From: Mobula hypostoma
Lineage: Eukaryota
Reading direction: 5' to 3'
DNA length: 64,000 nucleotides
NCBI RefSeq assembly: GCF_963921235.1
Contig: NC_086097.1
Span: 140,988,001 to 141,052,000, forward strand
The position numbers were made by a program, and so were the translations under genes. Below the pieces are notes generated by a model. It was not told the DNA's origin and searched no databases. It saw nothing but the letters and a program-made list of their open reading frames with translations. Every line of letters starts with the position of its first letter. Positions within the stretch are counted from its first letter, which is position 1. Shown piece by piece: positions 1 to 11,983 of this stretch.

Positions 1-99
1 TATTCAGGGATCCAGTGCTGAAGCGGGAAGCGGCACGTGGTGCAGAAAACACAGGTGCGGCAGGTCTTCAGAACAGCTGACGGAAGATAGTTGTTTATT

Positions 100-480
100 A
101 CAAGCGCAATTTACTACAAAGTTAGCGAAGTTATACCCTGTGTACGGAGTCACACCTGGAATATCGTGTGCAGCATTGGTCCGGTCATTTAAGGATGTCA
201 AACAGTTCAGATAGGGTTCACTGAAACGACAGGGTAAAGGGATGGTCAGGCCAGACTCACATCACCTGAGTTTTGAATAGTAAGTGAGATCTTCATGAAA
301 CCGTATTATTCGCTGATCAATGTAGACAGTGAGGCGTGTCGACAGCATGTTGCTATTCGTGGGAGAGTCTAGAACGGGAGTCAGTGTTGAATGGTTGTTG
401 TCCGTTAACGACAGAAATGAAGAGAGAGTTTCTCTCGAAAGTCTGACTCCTGGGAGCTCTTGGGCGAGCAGGGTCTTTGA
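100..480 (+). mobile_element. Old, degenerate CR1 LINE RT 3' fragment
   Basis: 'gtcacacctggaatatcgtgtgcagcattggtcc' resembles the RPHLEYCVQFWSP-coding segment of the better preserved CR1 copies in this window. Boundaries are approximate. Confidence 0.4.
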
Positions 481-770
481 ATAATTTGAAGGCAGAGAAA
501 GATTAATTATAGATAAGTGAAAGCGTGAAGGTTGCCCCGGGCAGTCGGAATGAGGAATTGAGTGTGGATCTCACCAAGGCATAACGGAAAGCTACAGCGA
601 CGGGTGACTTCAGGTAGAAACGCCAAGTGCGTGTGGACAAGAATTCACCTGGGGGGTCACACTCAACTTCCTGCGGACAGCGGCTGGGTTGGGTTTCTGG
701 GTCACGTGGGGGGGGGGGTGAGATCCGGATTGAAATTCAGCGCCGAGTCTGCATAGTAAAGGACAGGTCG

Positions 771-778
771 TGACGTCA
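771..778. promoter_or_regulatory. Perfect CRE palindrome TGACGTCA in the promoter of V segment #1
   Basis: TGACGTCA lies ~100 nt upstream of the leader ATG (879) in a CpG-rich stretch. CRE-type elements are known TCR V promoter motifs. Confidence 0.6.
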
Positions 779-878
779 TCGCGCCAAAAGGAATCCGCAG
801 TTTGCGGCTTCGAGAAGGAGTGAAGCGGTCGGCGGGATTTCAGTCACCTGGATCAACGCGACGCTCTGTCTCCCCAAC

Positions 879-1313
879 ATGAAGGTGTTGCTGACCGTCA
901 TTTTATTGACCTCCTTTCTCGGTCACTGTTTAATCCCAGTTTTCCTTCGCCCTTCGTTACCACACTGTGGAATAATTCAAACACGTTGTATTATTTTCTC
1001 CCACAGGTAAAGTGGACCTTCAGATATTGACACAGACTCAATTATCGATCACCAGGTCTCCGACAGAACCTGTGCACTTTTACTGTGATATTCATCAAAT
1101 CGACTTTGCGGAAGCTGTTATACATTGGTACCGGCAGAGGCCGGGTCAAGGCCTGCAGCGGCTATTGTATTTTAAGAGTTCAGGGGACACTCAGAGGGAT
1201 GTGTCTGAAGAACGATTAATTGCGAGCAAAGTACCTGAGACTCAATCGTGCACTCTGCTCTTGTCGAATATAAACGAGGATGATTCCGGCACCTACTACT
1301 GCGCTTACTGGTA
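879..1313 (+). CDS. TRGV: T-cell receptor gamma-type V segment #1, apparently functional (leader exon 879-921, intron 922-1006, V exon 1007-1313)
   Basis: Spliced product is MKVLLTVILLTSFLG-KVDLQILTQTQLSITRSPTEPVHFYC...VIHWYRQRPGQGLQRLLY...DDSGTYYCAYWY. Cys (1084), Trp (1126) and Cys (1300) are present, the acceptor is 'ttattttctcccacag', and an RSS follows. Gamma assignment rests on the QRLLY / TQRD / YYCAYW signatures and the 23-RSS. Confidence 0.88.
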
Positions 1314-1352
1314 CACAGTGGCCAAATGCGAAGGGAAGCCAGTACATAAACC
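1314..1352 (+). other. 23-spacer recombination signal sequence of V#1
   Basis: Heptamer CACAGTG (1314-1320), 23-nt spacer, nonamer ACATAAACC (1344-1352; one mismatch to ACAAAAACC). Confidence 0.93.
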
Positions 1353-1989
1353 CATCGGGTACCTTGTGCATAACGTGTTCACTGGTTCCACTCCAAGTAA
1401 CAGGTGTGATGCCTCACGATCTCGGCGAACATCTGAGTTTAACGAATGCTATTCCTTGTTTTAAACCACGGTGCAATTTGCATTTTACTTTATAGCTTCG
1501 TTGAATAAAGCTGTTTTCAATAAATTTGCGATGGACTATTAAAGTGGTTCTAAATTTCATGATTGAATATGAGTCAAGAGTCTAAAAAGCTACTGACGCT
1601 CACAGAAAACCTGGTCGGGCGATCACAAAGAGCCAAAACTCCAGTCCAATTGTCCCTGATCTGAGCTTGGGTTATGGAACTGTACATACGCAAACCGGTC
1701 ATTCGGGCCATTTTCTAACTTGCATTTATCTCATTGGTCTGCCTTTCAAAGTTATCTAGCACGGAAACGTCCTTCTTCCCAAGTCATTCATTGTGACGAT
1801 CACTATAGCTGTGCGCACATGATTTTATATACCACCATATCTCTTCCAAAGCCTCCTACTCTCTAGGGATAAAACCTAACTCTATCCAGACTCTCCATAT
1901 AACAAAGGTGCTTCTGTCCCGTTAACATCCTTGTGAATCTTCTCTGCACCATAAGGGCATCCTTCATACAGCGAGGCGATCAGACATGA

Positions 1990-2125
1990 ACAGCATACTC
2001 AAAACACAAGAAAATCTGCAAGATGCTGGAAATACTAAGTCCGGTCTCAGTCCGAAAAGTCGAATGTTTACTCTTTTCCATGGACGCCGCCTGGCCTGTT
2101 GAGTTCCTCCAGCATTTCGCGTGTT
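1990..2125. mobile_element. Short Penelope-derived (pLTR-like) repeat
   Basis: 'atctgcaagatgctggaaat...gcctggcctgttgagttcctccagcattt' motif recurs at ~11655-11830, ~12580-12770 and ~22250-22365. Confidence 0.45.
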
Positions 2126-2189
2126 ATCATAACCCAAATGTAGTTTTACCAATATTTTGTAAAACACCATTTTATCGCAACTGTTGTAA

Positions 2190-2620
2190 TCAATTAACTA
2201 ACTAGTGAAAGACTGCGTGCCAAACGAAGACTTCGCCAGCCTATCCATCCGCGTTTCCGCCTTCCGGGAACTATATGGTTGTACCCCTCCATCCCCCTGC
2301 TTTACATCCATTACCGTGTAAATCCTGTCCTGCTTGAAGTTACCAAAATGCAGCATTTCAAATCTCCTCGAGTAAAATTCCATCTGCTATTCTCCGACCT
2401 ATTTTACAAGTCGACCTAGATCCTTTTGTAATCATACACAACTTTCTAAGCTGACCGATTTACTAACCATGCCATCTGCATTCTGATCCATTTTTAAAAA
2501 ACAGACGATAAATAATAGGGGACCCAAAATCCCTGATGAACTCTTTTCCATTGCTTCCAAGTAGTACTCTGTGCTTATTTGCTGCACATTCTCATAACCA
2601 GAACAATTGTCCAAGAGATT
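2190..2620 (-). mobile_element. CR1 LINE RT fragment
   Basis: Minus-strand remnants such as SGILGPLLFIVC (QGSVLGPLLF motif) and RFEMLHFG (KCEVMHFG-like). Confidence 0.6.
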
Positions 2621-3893
2621 TCAGGTGTATTGTTTGTGGCGGTGTTCCATGGAGTGAACAAGGCTAAATCTACTAATAAATTTCACATTTTATATAGGGA
2701 AATATTAAATAGTAACACAGAAGACCTCGAGATAGTACTGTGTAGAAATCTTAAGCACACATATATTTTAAATCATTATGCAATTCGTTGATGATATGAG
2801 AATAATAATTGATATGATAGAGGTTAACTGTAAAGAACATACCATCAACAAACAATATAGCAAACAACAAACAGTACTAAGTTGAGAAAACTCATGGCAA
2901 TATGAGATGGCAGAAACTATTCATGCCATATAAATTCTATCTGTGCAATGTGACAAATTAGAAAGATGAAAACTTTCAAAGATGCGCACTGCATTGTAGT
3001 TAGATCAATGACTTATGGATAGTATTTCCTGCAGTATGAAGGGACAAACACACAGAGGGGAGATGATACTACGTAGACACCTGGAAATGCAGTTGTGCAA
3101 TTGTTACCAGTGTTATTTGGACTGAAATAATCGGCAAATTTCTGCATATTACTCAAACTAAAATGTGATTATTAGGATGCAGCTTAGTTGTAGTTGTAGA
3201 AAAGCTGCAGTTCTTAATCCTTTGACTTTGTTCTTGATTTTATTTTTGTTGGTCTACCTGACGTTGCCAGGAATTTGATTAGGCTCTGAGAGATTGGCTT
3301 TGGGTCACTATACCTTGCGTTTTATTTCTTTATGGGGTAACACATTTCCACTGTAGCCGATTTTATCTTGACAGCGGTAATGAACACGCACAAGAAAATA
3401 TACCACAATTTGAAAATAGAATTGGGAATTTTGTGTTATGTTGACTCCGCCTGCAAAGTTCATATTCCTTGCATGAATGGAACAATCTGTCACTAAATTT
3501 CGCTCAGTAAAGTCACTATATCCCATTATTAGAAACCTTCAATCTTTCCACAACAACTTATATTTATAAAAAGCTAACAAAAGCATCAAGGAATACGGTA
3601 GTATTACGAAACAGAAAAATTAGGAATTAAGGGATCTAATTTTGATGAAAATGACAAGTTTTAATGACCTGTCCGAAGAGAAGGATGATAGGTGCAAAAG
3701 CAATAGGGTTCACGGTGACGTTCCAGGAATCCACTATTTGAAGGGTACCAGTTGTTCAGTAATTAATTTCAAAGGTAACCAAGAGCAAGAAATGTGTGAA
3801 GTAGTCATGCTAAACAACTGCCGAGAAAAGGCAATGGAAAGATTTGAAAATTAAATCAAAAAATTTAAATAAGACGCTGTTCATCAGTAGAAG

Positions 3894-4089
3894 GGGGAAG
3901 CGAAGAGTCAATGTGTGGCTGAAGTAGATAGATACTTCACTCGGGGAAGCGAAGGGTCAATGTGTGGTTGAAGTAGATAGATACTTCACTCGGGGAAGCG
4001 AAGGGTCAATGTGTGGTTGAAGTAGATAGATACTTCACTCGGGGAAGCGAAGGGTCAATGTGTGGTTGAAGTAGAGAGATACTTCACTC
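3894..4089. repeat. 49-bp tandem repeat, 4 near-identical copies
   Basis: Unit ggggaagcgaagggtcaatgtgtggttgaagtagatagatacttcactc starts at 3894, 3943, 3992 and 4041. Confidence 0.95.
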
Positions 4090-6949
4090 TTCACCTTAAA
4101 GCTGGGCACTTCAGTTTTCTCCATCCCAGCTACGAGGGATAGTTTCTTGTCGTCTTTTCTGACTTTGCCCCTCTTAGTTTTGTTTACCGCGGTTTCCTGA
4201 GAACCCAGACGCTCCAGTGTCTTCTCAGCACGGAAATTCTCCATCACAGACAACATCGTGATGAATGTCCTCTGCCCCCTCTCCCGTGAAGTCGCAGCCT
4301 CCCCATAGTTAGTGACCAGAACAGAACGCAGCACTCCATCTTTGGCCCTATAAACGTAAAATTCTGTCATAGACTCGCTATTCTTATACTCCAGGCCCTG
4401 ATTAACGAGCGCACATATCTCGCATGCCATCGTGTCCGCCCAGTCTGCCGGTGATTCTACCTGCAGGGATCCTTGGACTTGTAGTCAAGGACTTGTCACA
4501 TGCCCTGGGGCACGACCGTGCAATGTGTATGATATGGCCTTATTAGTCCTCGAATCCAGAAATGCCTCTAATCACGTTTATTAGATTAAATTTCGTTTGC
4601 CTACGCTCTGGCCCTCTTCCCAACTGATCACTATCGTCCTGTATCCAAGATTCCTTTGTGACAACCCTGGGTGATTTCTTTGATTTGAGTGAAAAATCGA
4701 ACAAGCGGGAAACCGAATCAAACCAATAGTGCACACATAGTGTTGGACGAAATCTGGTCTATAAATGCGACAGATGTTCGACATCAATTAAAGTTTAAAT
4801 CAGGCATTACGGACTTACAACTAGGATTTGTGTTCTGGATGTTTTTGTCTGTATGTGGTTGCTTCACTTTAAAAATAATTCATTTTCGTGTTCTGTGTTT
4901 TCAAATCGGGATATTCCGTACATTTTTTAGTGGGGTGCGTACATGGAAATCTGCCGAACTACTGTAACAATAAGACACTCAAGCGACAGGAAGTGTTGGC
5001 GCCTGGAGCAATAAAAACCGACGAGTTGAAGCCACGTGGTCAGATAGCATCAATGAGGGAAGACGGAAGTTAACGTTTCTCCATCAGGATCCTGCGATAG
5101 GCAACCCACTTCCCGCTTCCGCCCTAATAGGTTCACGTGGGGCGAGAGGGTGAAGCGGCTGGGGGGATGGCGGGAGGTGGGGGTTGGTGCCAGGTATTTT
5201 TTGTCACAGAACAGGACCAAGTTTGAAAGTGAACGGCATTCTACATATTTTAAAAATCACTAACTGGGGCAGACCGCAACCACCATTGAGCGCAGGGCAG
5301 AACAATCTAGAGTGTCTAACTGTAATGTCGCGATTTCGGTTTCAGTGATTACTCAAAACAAAATACTGCAATTGACCAGCGCAGTGAGATTTCATGTAGG
5401 ATTTCGGAGCAGAGCGACTTTAGAACCATGTGGCTAGAGCCAGCAGAAACGAGCCGCTGTTTCCATTGCTGTCGATTGAAAGCTCTTCTACATTTAAAAA
5501 ATTGTTAAAAACGCGGTCCGTTTTTAATCAAAGTTTGTATTCCGTTCGTCATCTCCCGCGACTGCCTTGAAAGCGATATATGGGTGGACTGAGGGATTTC
5601 TCCGCCGTTCCGTACGGATCTCCGCAATCCGCCTGCTGTTCGTCGCCACTCGGCGGTTGTGGGGATGCGATGCAACAGCAGCCCGGAGGGCCACCAATCG
5701 TCATCTTGACGAATGGTTAGAAGGATGGACGGGCTGGATGGCCTGCTTCTGCAGCCATTGTTACGTCCTGCTGCGTATCCCGGCTCCTGGCACACATCAC
5801 CTCCAAGGAAACGGGGCGCGGGAGGGGTTAGCGCAAGTAGCCTACGACCAGTAACGGAGTATTCAGCCGTGGCCTTGTTGACCCAGTTTTTAATCCATCT
5901 CTCTTTGAAAGTTTGTGGAGGCTTTTCGAAGGCTTCTTTCATTCGGCCAGTTTAAAATAATGTTTTTATCGCATTATTAATACACATTGTATCATGTGTA
6001 CCAAACCTACGGATCCCAATCATACTCCTTTACAGAAAGCCATTACCCCTACTGGGCATTGGTCGCCGACAGCAGCTCGCCAGAGTCCTCTGTCCAGGGC
6101 CAGATTTTGAAGTTGTGCCAAGGTGTAGCCATTTCCTTGGCCTATCCTTCCTCTCCCAGGGAGCTTCTGGCGTTTCTGTAGTTCTGAGGTTTTACGCGAT
6201 TAGGTGCTAACCCCACATCCAACCCATCCTCCTTTCGCAGCCGAGCTTGTGTCCGTCCATGGTGGAATTAGATCCCGATCATGATTAGTGTTATTGGGAG
6301 ACCAGCACCAGCTATGATGTAGTGATTGAAATAATAAATTTAAATAATGAATCTAACTGCTTCCACTATCTACTTTCATTCAGAGTTTGGGATTCGGGTG
6401 TCCTTGTCGAGCACGGCGTTTATTGCCAATCCTGCTAGCCCTGAGAAAACGTAACAGTGGTCAGAGGATCAGATGACGGGTTGGAGATCCTACTCGCAGC
6501 CTGACATCCCAAAGCATTTCTACCATCTGCTAGGCACATGATAAAAATTATACCGAAGGTGGCGATGAGCTACCTCATCGGCCGCTGCAATCATTCTTGT
6601 GAAGGTGCTCTCTCAGGGCTGTGAGGGAGTACCAGTCTTTTGATTCACTGATAATTGAGGACCGGTGATGTACAGTGTGTTCTATTTCCGGACATAATAT
6701 AAATGGGAACGTATACGTTTGTGTTTCCTGCACCCTTTCGTCTGTAGGAGTAGCCTAGCCGGGTGCATTTTGTAGATTTCTGCACCCACAGTGAGACTTT
6801 GGGCGATTGAAGTTTTGGGTGGCTGATAGGTGTCAGTCACAAGGATCACTTTCTCCTGGAGGTAGATAACCGTTGTAGCTGCATTAGCCAGACAGGTAGA
6901 GGGAATTCCTTCACACGTGTGTGCCTGAAGGCCTATTTCTACTCACGCT

Positions 6950-7530
6950 TGGAAAGGACGGGGGAAGACGACAAAATAAAATGTGGTGCTGGGTGAATGC
7001 TAGCTAGATGGTAATAGAAGGTAAAGGGGAAACCAGGTGTGTAGGAAAGGTAAATGGCGGGAGAAGAAGGGATCTAAGATTAGAGAAGACTGGACCATAG
7101 GAGAAAGGGAAGGAGGAGGGGACCCAGGGAGAGGTGATAGGCAGGTGAGAAGAGGTAAGGGAACAGAGTGGGGAATAGAAGAAGTGGGGAGGGAAATACT
7201 ACTTTTTTACCGGAAGGAGAAATCAATATTCATGCCATCAGGTTGGAGGCTCCCCAGACGGAGTATAGGGTGTTGTTTCTCTACCCTGAGGGTGTTCTCA
7301 TCGTGGCACAAGAGGAGGACGTGGGTCGACATGTCATAACTGCAATAGGAGTCAGAATTAAAATGTTTGGCCAGCGGGAAGTTCCGCTTTTGACGGATGG
7401 CGAGTAGGTGCTTGACGAAGCGGTCGCCCAATTTACGACGTGACTCACCAATGCAGAGCAAGCCGCATCGTGAACACTACACACAATAGACGATCCCAGC
7501 AGATTCGCCGCTGAAGTGCTATCTCGCTGG
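6950..7530 (-). mobile_element. Penelope-like element fragment (GIY-YIG endonuclease C-terminus plus purine-rich tail)
   Basis: ORF 7207-7461(-) reads CIGESRRKLGDRF.KHL...PLAKHFNS...EKQHPILRLGSLQPDGMNIDFS, typical of the Penelope/Poseidon GIY-YIG C-terminus. Confidence 0.75.
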
Positions 7531-7539
7531 TCAGCACTA

Positions 7540-8725
7540 TTTCGAGGACTTTACACATTCTTCGAAAGGACAGTCGGGTAGGCAGAAGAGGGTGGGATGG
7601 CGCTTTGTTAAAAACTAAAATCTATAATTAAGAAGAGGTGACATAGGATTGTAAGATGTGGGTAGAGCTAAGAAACTGCAAAGGCAAAACGACTATTATG
7701 GGAGTTATATGCAGGCATGCGAACTGTAGCAAAGACGTGGACTATAAAGTACAATAGGAGTAGAAAAGGCGTGTCAAAAAAGGTAACGTCACGATAGTCA
7801 CCAGGGATTTTAACATGTAGGTGGTTTGGGAAAATCAAGTTGATACTAGATCCTGTTACGTACCCCGTAACTGGGTTGCCAACCAGCAGAAATGGACCAT
7901 TTAGTTGGAGTCTGGATTACTGGAACTAGGAAAGTTTTATTAAAGAAATCAGTAACACAGTAGTGTAATCGTAAGGATATAAATGCAACAGGTTAGCAAT
8001 GATAAAACACACATGTACACAGAACTAGGGTAATAGGAATCAAACAAGCTCTACCGCAGTCTGGGCGTAAAATGATCAGTCTCAAGTGACGCAGAGTTCA
8101 GTTCAGCTTAGTACAGTTCGCAGTAATCGCTGTTGTGCCGTTGGAGAGAGAGAGAGGGAGATATGCAAATTCTGATTCAAACAGACCTTTGTTCTTCGCA
8201 GTTAGCTTTCGGGCGAACCCTTTTATGTCTTCTGTGGTCACCGACTGTGACCCCTCTGTTCCGGATACTGCCGTTCTTCCGCGGTGAACCCGGCACCCAG
8301 GCAAGGGCGGACACACACACCAGGTTCCCGCCGATCGTACCTTTTCACCCTGTGCGTCTATGGTCCGTTCCCCCGACCAGACCTCCAACTCCACCAACTT
8401 GTGGGGGCACACCGCTCTTCCACGGTCTCGTTATCTCGTGATCTCGTCGTGTCTCTCGTGCCTTAGCGAACCTGTTCTTTTTATCCCCCTGCTGGGGTAT
8501 CACCTGTCCATCAAACTTCAAACAGTTCAGGTTCAAAGCAATCGGTCTGTCAATACTCGGACTGGTGTCTCTTTCCGTTATCTCTCTCTCCTCTCTCATT
8601 AACATTTTGAATGTTTCTCCATTGTCTCACTTATCTCTCTCATTAGCATCAATCTTCTGATAACTTGGTTTTTCGTCACAATCCCAAGAGTGCATATTTT
8701 TGTAGAATGTCTTCAAGAAAAGTAA
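7540..8725 (+). mobile_element. CR1 endonuclease-domain fragment split by the solo LTR
   Basis: 'ccagggattttaacatgtaggtggtttgggaaaatcaagttgatactagatcc|caagagtgcatatt' rejoins as a GDFN...W.NQ...SQE-like APE region across the LTR. Confidence 0.6.
7854..8680 (-). mobile_element. Solo LTR (827 bp) with 4-bp TSD ATCC
   Basis: TG...CA termini (TGTTACG / CGTCACA). ATCC at 7850-7853 and 8681-8684. AATAAA on the minus strand at 7936-7941. Its 3' end is homologous to that of the LTR at 23689-24522. Confidence 0.85.
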
Positions 8726-9825
8726 GGAGGCATGGAATCCAAGGCGACATTGCTTTTGGATCCAGAACTGGCTTGCCCACAGAAGGCAAAACGTGGTTGT
8801 AGATGGGTCATATTCTGCATGGAGGTCGGTGACCAGTGGTGTGCATCAGGGATCTGTTCTCGGTCCCCTACTCTTCGTGATTTTAATAAATGACCTGGAT
8901 GAGGAAGTGGAGGGATGGGTTAGTAAATTTGCTGATGACACAAAGGTTGGAGGTGTTGTGGATAGTGTGGAGGGCTGTCAGAGCTTACAGCGGGACACTG
9001 ATAGGATGCAAAACTGGGCTGAGAAGTGCCAGATGGAGTTCAATCCAGAAAGGTGTGTGGTGGTTCATTTCGTAGGTCAAATATGATAGCGGAATATAGT
9101 ATTACTGGTAAGATTCTTGGCAGTGTGAAGGATCAGAGGGAACTTGGGTCCGAGTCCACAGGACGCTCAGGTTGACTCTGTGGTTAAGAAGGCATACGGT
9201 GCATTGGCCTTCATCAATCGTGGGATTGAGTTTAGGAGCTGAGAGGTAATGTTACAGCTATATAGGACCCTGGTCAGACCCCACTTGGAGTACTGTACTC
9301 ATTTCTGGTCGACTCACTACCGGAAGGATGTGGAAACCGTAGAAAGTGTGCAGAGGAGATTTACAAGGATGTTGCCTATTGGGGGTATACCTTATGAGAA
9401 TTGGTTGAGTGAACTTGGCTCTTTCTCCTTGGAGCGACGGAAGATGAGAGATGACCTGATAGAGGTGTATAAGACGATGAGAGGCATTGCTCGTGTAGAT
9501 AGTCAGAGGCTTTTTTCCCCAGGGCTGAAATGGCTAGCACGAGAGGGCACAGTTTTAAGGTGCTTGGAAGTAGGTATAGAGGAGATATCAGGGGTAAGTT
9601 TTTTACACAGAGCGTGGTGAGTGCACGGAATGGGCTGCCAGCGATGGTGGTGGAGGTGGACACGTTAGGGTCTTTTAAGAGACTCCTGGATAATTACATG
9701 GAGATTAGAAAAATAGAGAGCTATGGTGAAGCCCAGGTAATTTCTAAGGTAAGGACATGTTCGGCACTGTTTTGTGGGCAGAAGGGCCTGTATTGTGCTG
9801 TAGGTTTTCTATGTTTCTATGTTTC
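8726..9825 (+). mobile_element. CR1 LINE, 5'-truncated RT and 3' end
   Basis: ORF pieces GVHQGSVLGPLLF...SKFADDTK and LYRTLVRPHLEYC; ends in the CR1 tail 'ttctatgtttctatgtttc'. Confidence 0.9.
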
Positions 9826-9944
9826 GAGGATGGCTTTTTAGGGCAGCTCATACTTGAGCACACTAGGGAATGAACTATTCTGGACTGGGTGTTGCACAAT
9901 GAACTGGAATTGATCTGAGAACTTAAGGTAAAGGAACCCTTCGT

Positions 9945-10335
9945 CGTGGCTATCCCTCGAAGTAGAGGATGATGGTCTTCGTTCTGAAGAAGTGGCCCCC
10001 AGAGTGAAGATGCCTGTGCGTGTATTTGTTTAACCTGTACTTGATGTTACACTCCAAGAAGCACACGATACTTCACAAATCAACCAAATGATTCCAATGG
10101 CATGGAAACCACGACGATTGGAGCTGATGGATTTGTTGCAGCCTTCATCCGCTTTCACAGCCGTTGAGTTCGAAGTAACTTCGTCCACCTGCTCCACCGC
10201 TGAAGCCTTGGTAGGATTGTTCTTTGTCACGGACCTCACCCTCGACCTTACCGCCATGGGTGACCCTACCAAGAGCACAGCTTGGTATCACAGAATCACA
10301 CAAGCTTCTCCACCACGAAAAGGTGACAATCCACG
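9945..10335 (-). mobile_element. Probable RTE-derived non-autonomous element
   Basis: Minus strand reads 'ggtagggtcacccatggcggtaaggtcgaggg...gacaaagaacaatcc', reminiscent of RTE 5' UTRs. Family assigned from memory only. Confidence 0.35.
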
Positions 10336-10339
10336 GCGA

Positions 10340-11190
10340 AGAGAGGAACCCTTAGGAGAAGGTGATCATAATATGATAGATTTCATCCTACAATTTGAGT
10401 GGAAGAGCTTTAAGTCATATTTTCAGTATAGGTATTACATTGGTGTAAAGGGAGTTACAGAGGCACGAGAGAGCAGCTGGCCAAAGTTGATGGGAAAAGG
10501 ACACTAGCAGGGATGATGGCAAAGCAGCTATGACTTAATTTCTGAGGACATTTATGAAGGTGCAGGATCGATGTATCCCAAAGAAGAATAAGTTTTCTAA
10601 AGACAAGATGACACAACCGTGGCTGACAAGGGAAGTCAAAGCTTATATGAAAGCCAAAAAGAGGGCACATAAAAGAGCAGAAGTTTGTGGGAAGTTAGAG
10701 CTTTTGAGAACTGACCGAACGCAACTAAAGGTCATGAAGAGGGGAAAAGAAAAACGAAGGTAGATTAGCCAATGATATTAAACAGGGTATTTAAAGGTTC
10801 TTCAGATATATAAAGAGTAAACGAGAGGCGGGAGCAGATATTAGACTGCTGGAAAATTAGGTTAGAGAGGTAGTGATGGGATACAAGGAAATAGCAGACG
10901 GATCAATTAAGTATTTTGCACCAGTCTTTTCTATTGAAGGCACTAGCAGTGTGTTGGACGTTCAAGAGTGTTATGGGGAAGAGTGAGTGAAGATACCATT
11001 GGTAGGGATAAGGCGTTTAGGAAACGGAACGGTCTGAAGATAGATAAATTAACTGGTCTAGATGATCCTCACCCCAGGGTTCTGAAAGTGGTGGCGGAAA
11101 TCATTGTGGTGCTTTAGTAATGACCTTTCAGGAATCAATAGATTCTAACATGGTTCGGGAGGACTGGAAAATTACAACTATCAAAAGGAA
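10340..11190 (+). mobile_element. Degenerate CR1 ORF2 fragment (EN-RT linker to RT start)
   Basis: GDHNMI.F, QPWLTREVK and TFQESIDS.MV.EDWK motifs in interrupted frames. Confidence 0.75.
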
Positions 11191-11983
11191 GAGAAGCAGA
11201 AGAAAGGAAATTGTAGAGTTCATTCGTGAGATACGCCGGGAAAACACTAATCCTTTCTCACTTAAGGGAAAGTTTAGCAGAGGGGCAGCACAAACAGTAC
11301 ATCGCGCGCATGGAAGGGTGATGCGGAGAGTCTGGGTGTGGGGAGGTTTAAGAGGACAGGAAGGCAGGGATGCCAGAGTCTGCCCAAATGAGGCTCAGCT
11401 ACCAATGAGATAAAGGAAATTTTGTTGCAATCATTGCAACCGGCTTTTCTCCATTGAACTAGTTTAGGGGAAAGAACGCTGCTTGTGTTAAATCATCGAT
11501 TAATTCACAGGGAACAAGGGATCCCATGGTTTTATTGAAATAACCACTGCAATAATCACCAACCAAGGCATCTCGTCCTTTCACCCATAAATGCTTGCGG
11601 GATCTTGCTGTGCGGTTTGTCTTTCAACAAACAGCCAGACGGAGTAACTCAGCTAGTCGAGCAGCATCTGCGCGGGAGGGAACGGTTGATGTTTCAGGTT
11701 GGAACCACGCATTAAGAGGCTCGAAACTTTGACTGTTAATTTCCCCCATCGATGCTGCCTGGCCAGCTGAGTTTCTCTGTGTTGATTAAGGTTCGACCTG
11801 CTTTTTTCAGAAACATTTAGACCCGGAAAGGAAATCGTTCTCCGTGTATTGAAGCATTTCAGCCAATCGCAGTCGGTCGAAAGTTGACACATCTGGAGAA
11901 GCTGACGAGGAGCGGAAACCCGCGTCATTTCCCCGGGCGAGCCATTTTATCTTGTCTCCTTCGCCAAGCGCCAGAGTTTGGCC

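Noticed and set aside
963-969. CACTGTG heptamer in the V#1 intron
   Set aside because: No nonamer at 12 or 23 nt spacing; an isolated heptamer.
2035-2065. Penelope-type hammerhead ribozyme core (also ~11700, ~12640, ~22250, ~28430)
   Set aside because: Only the stem-II/GAAA-like half is recognisable. The CTGATGA core is missing or mutated (e.g. ctggcga at ~22249), so these are inactive remnants at best.
3894-4089. CRISPR-like appearance of the hairpin-containing 49-bp repeat
   Set aside because: The units are contiguous with no unique spacers, and the context is vertebrate.
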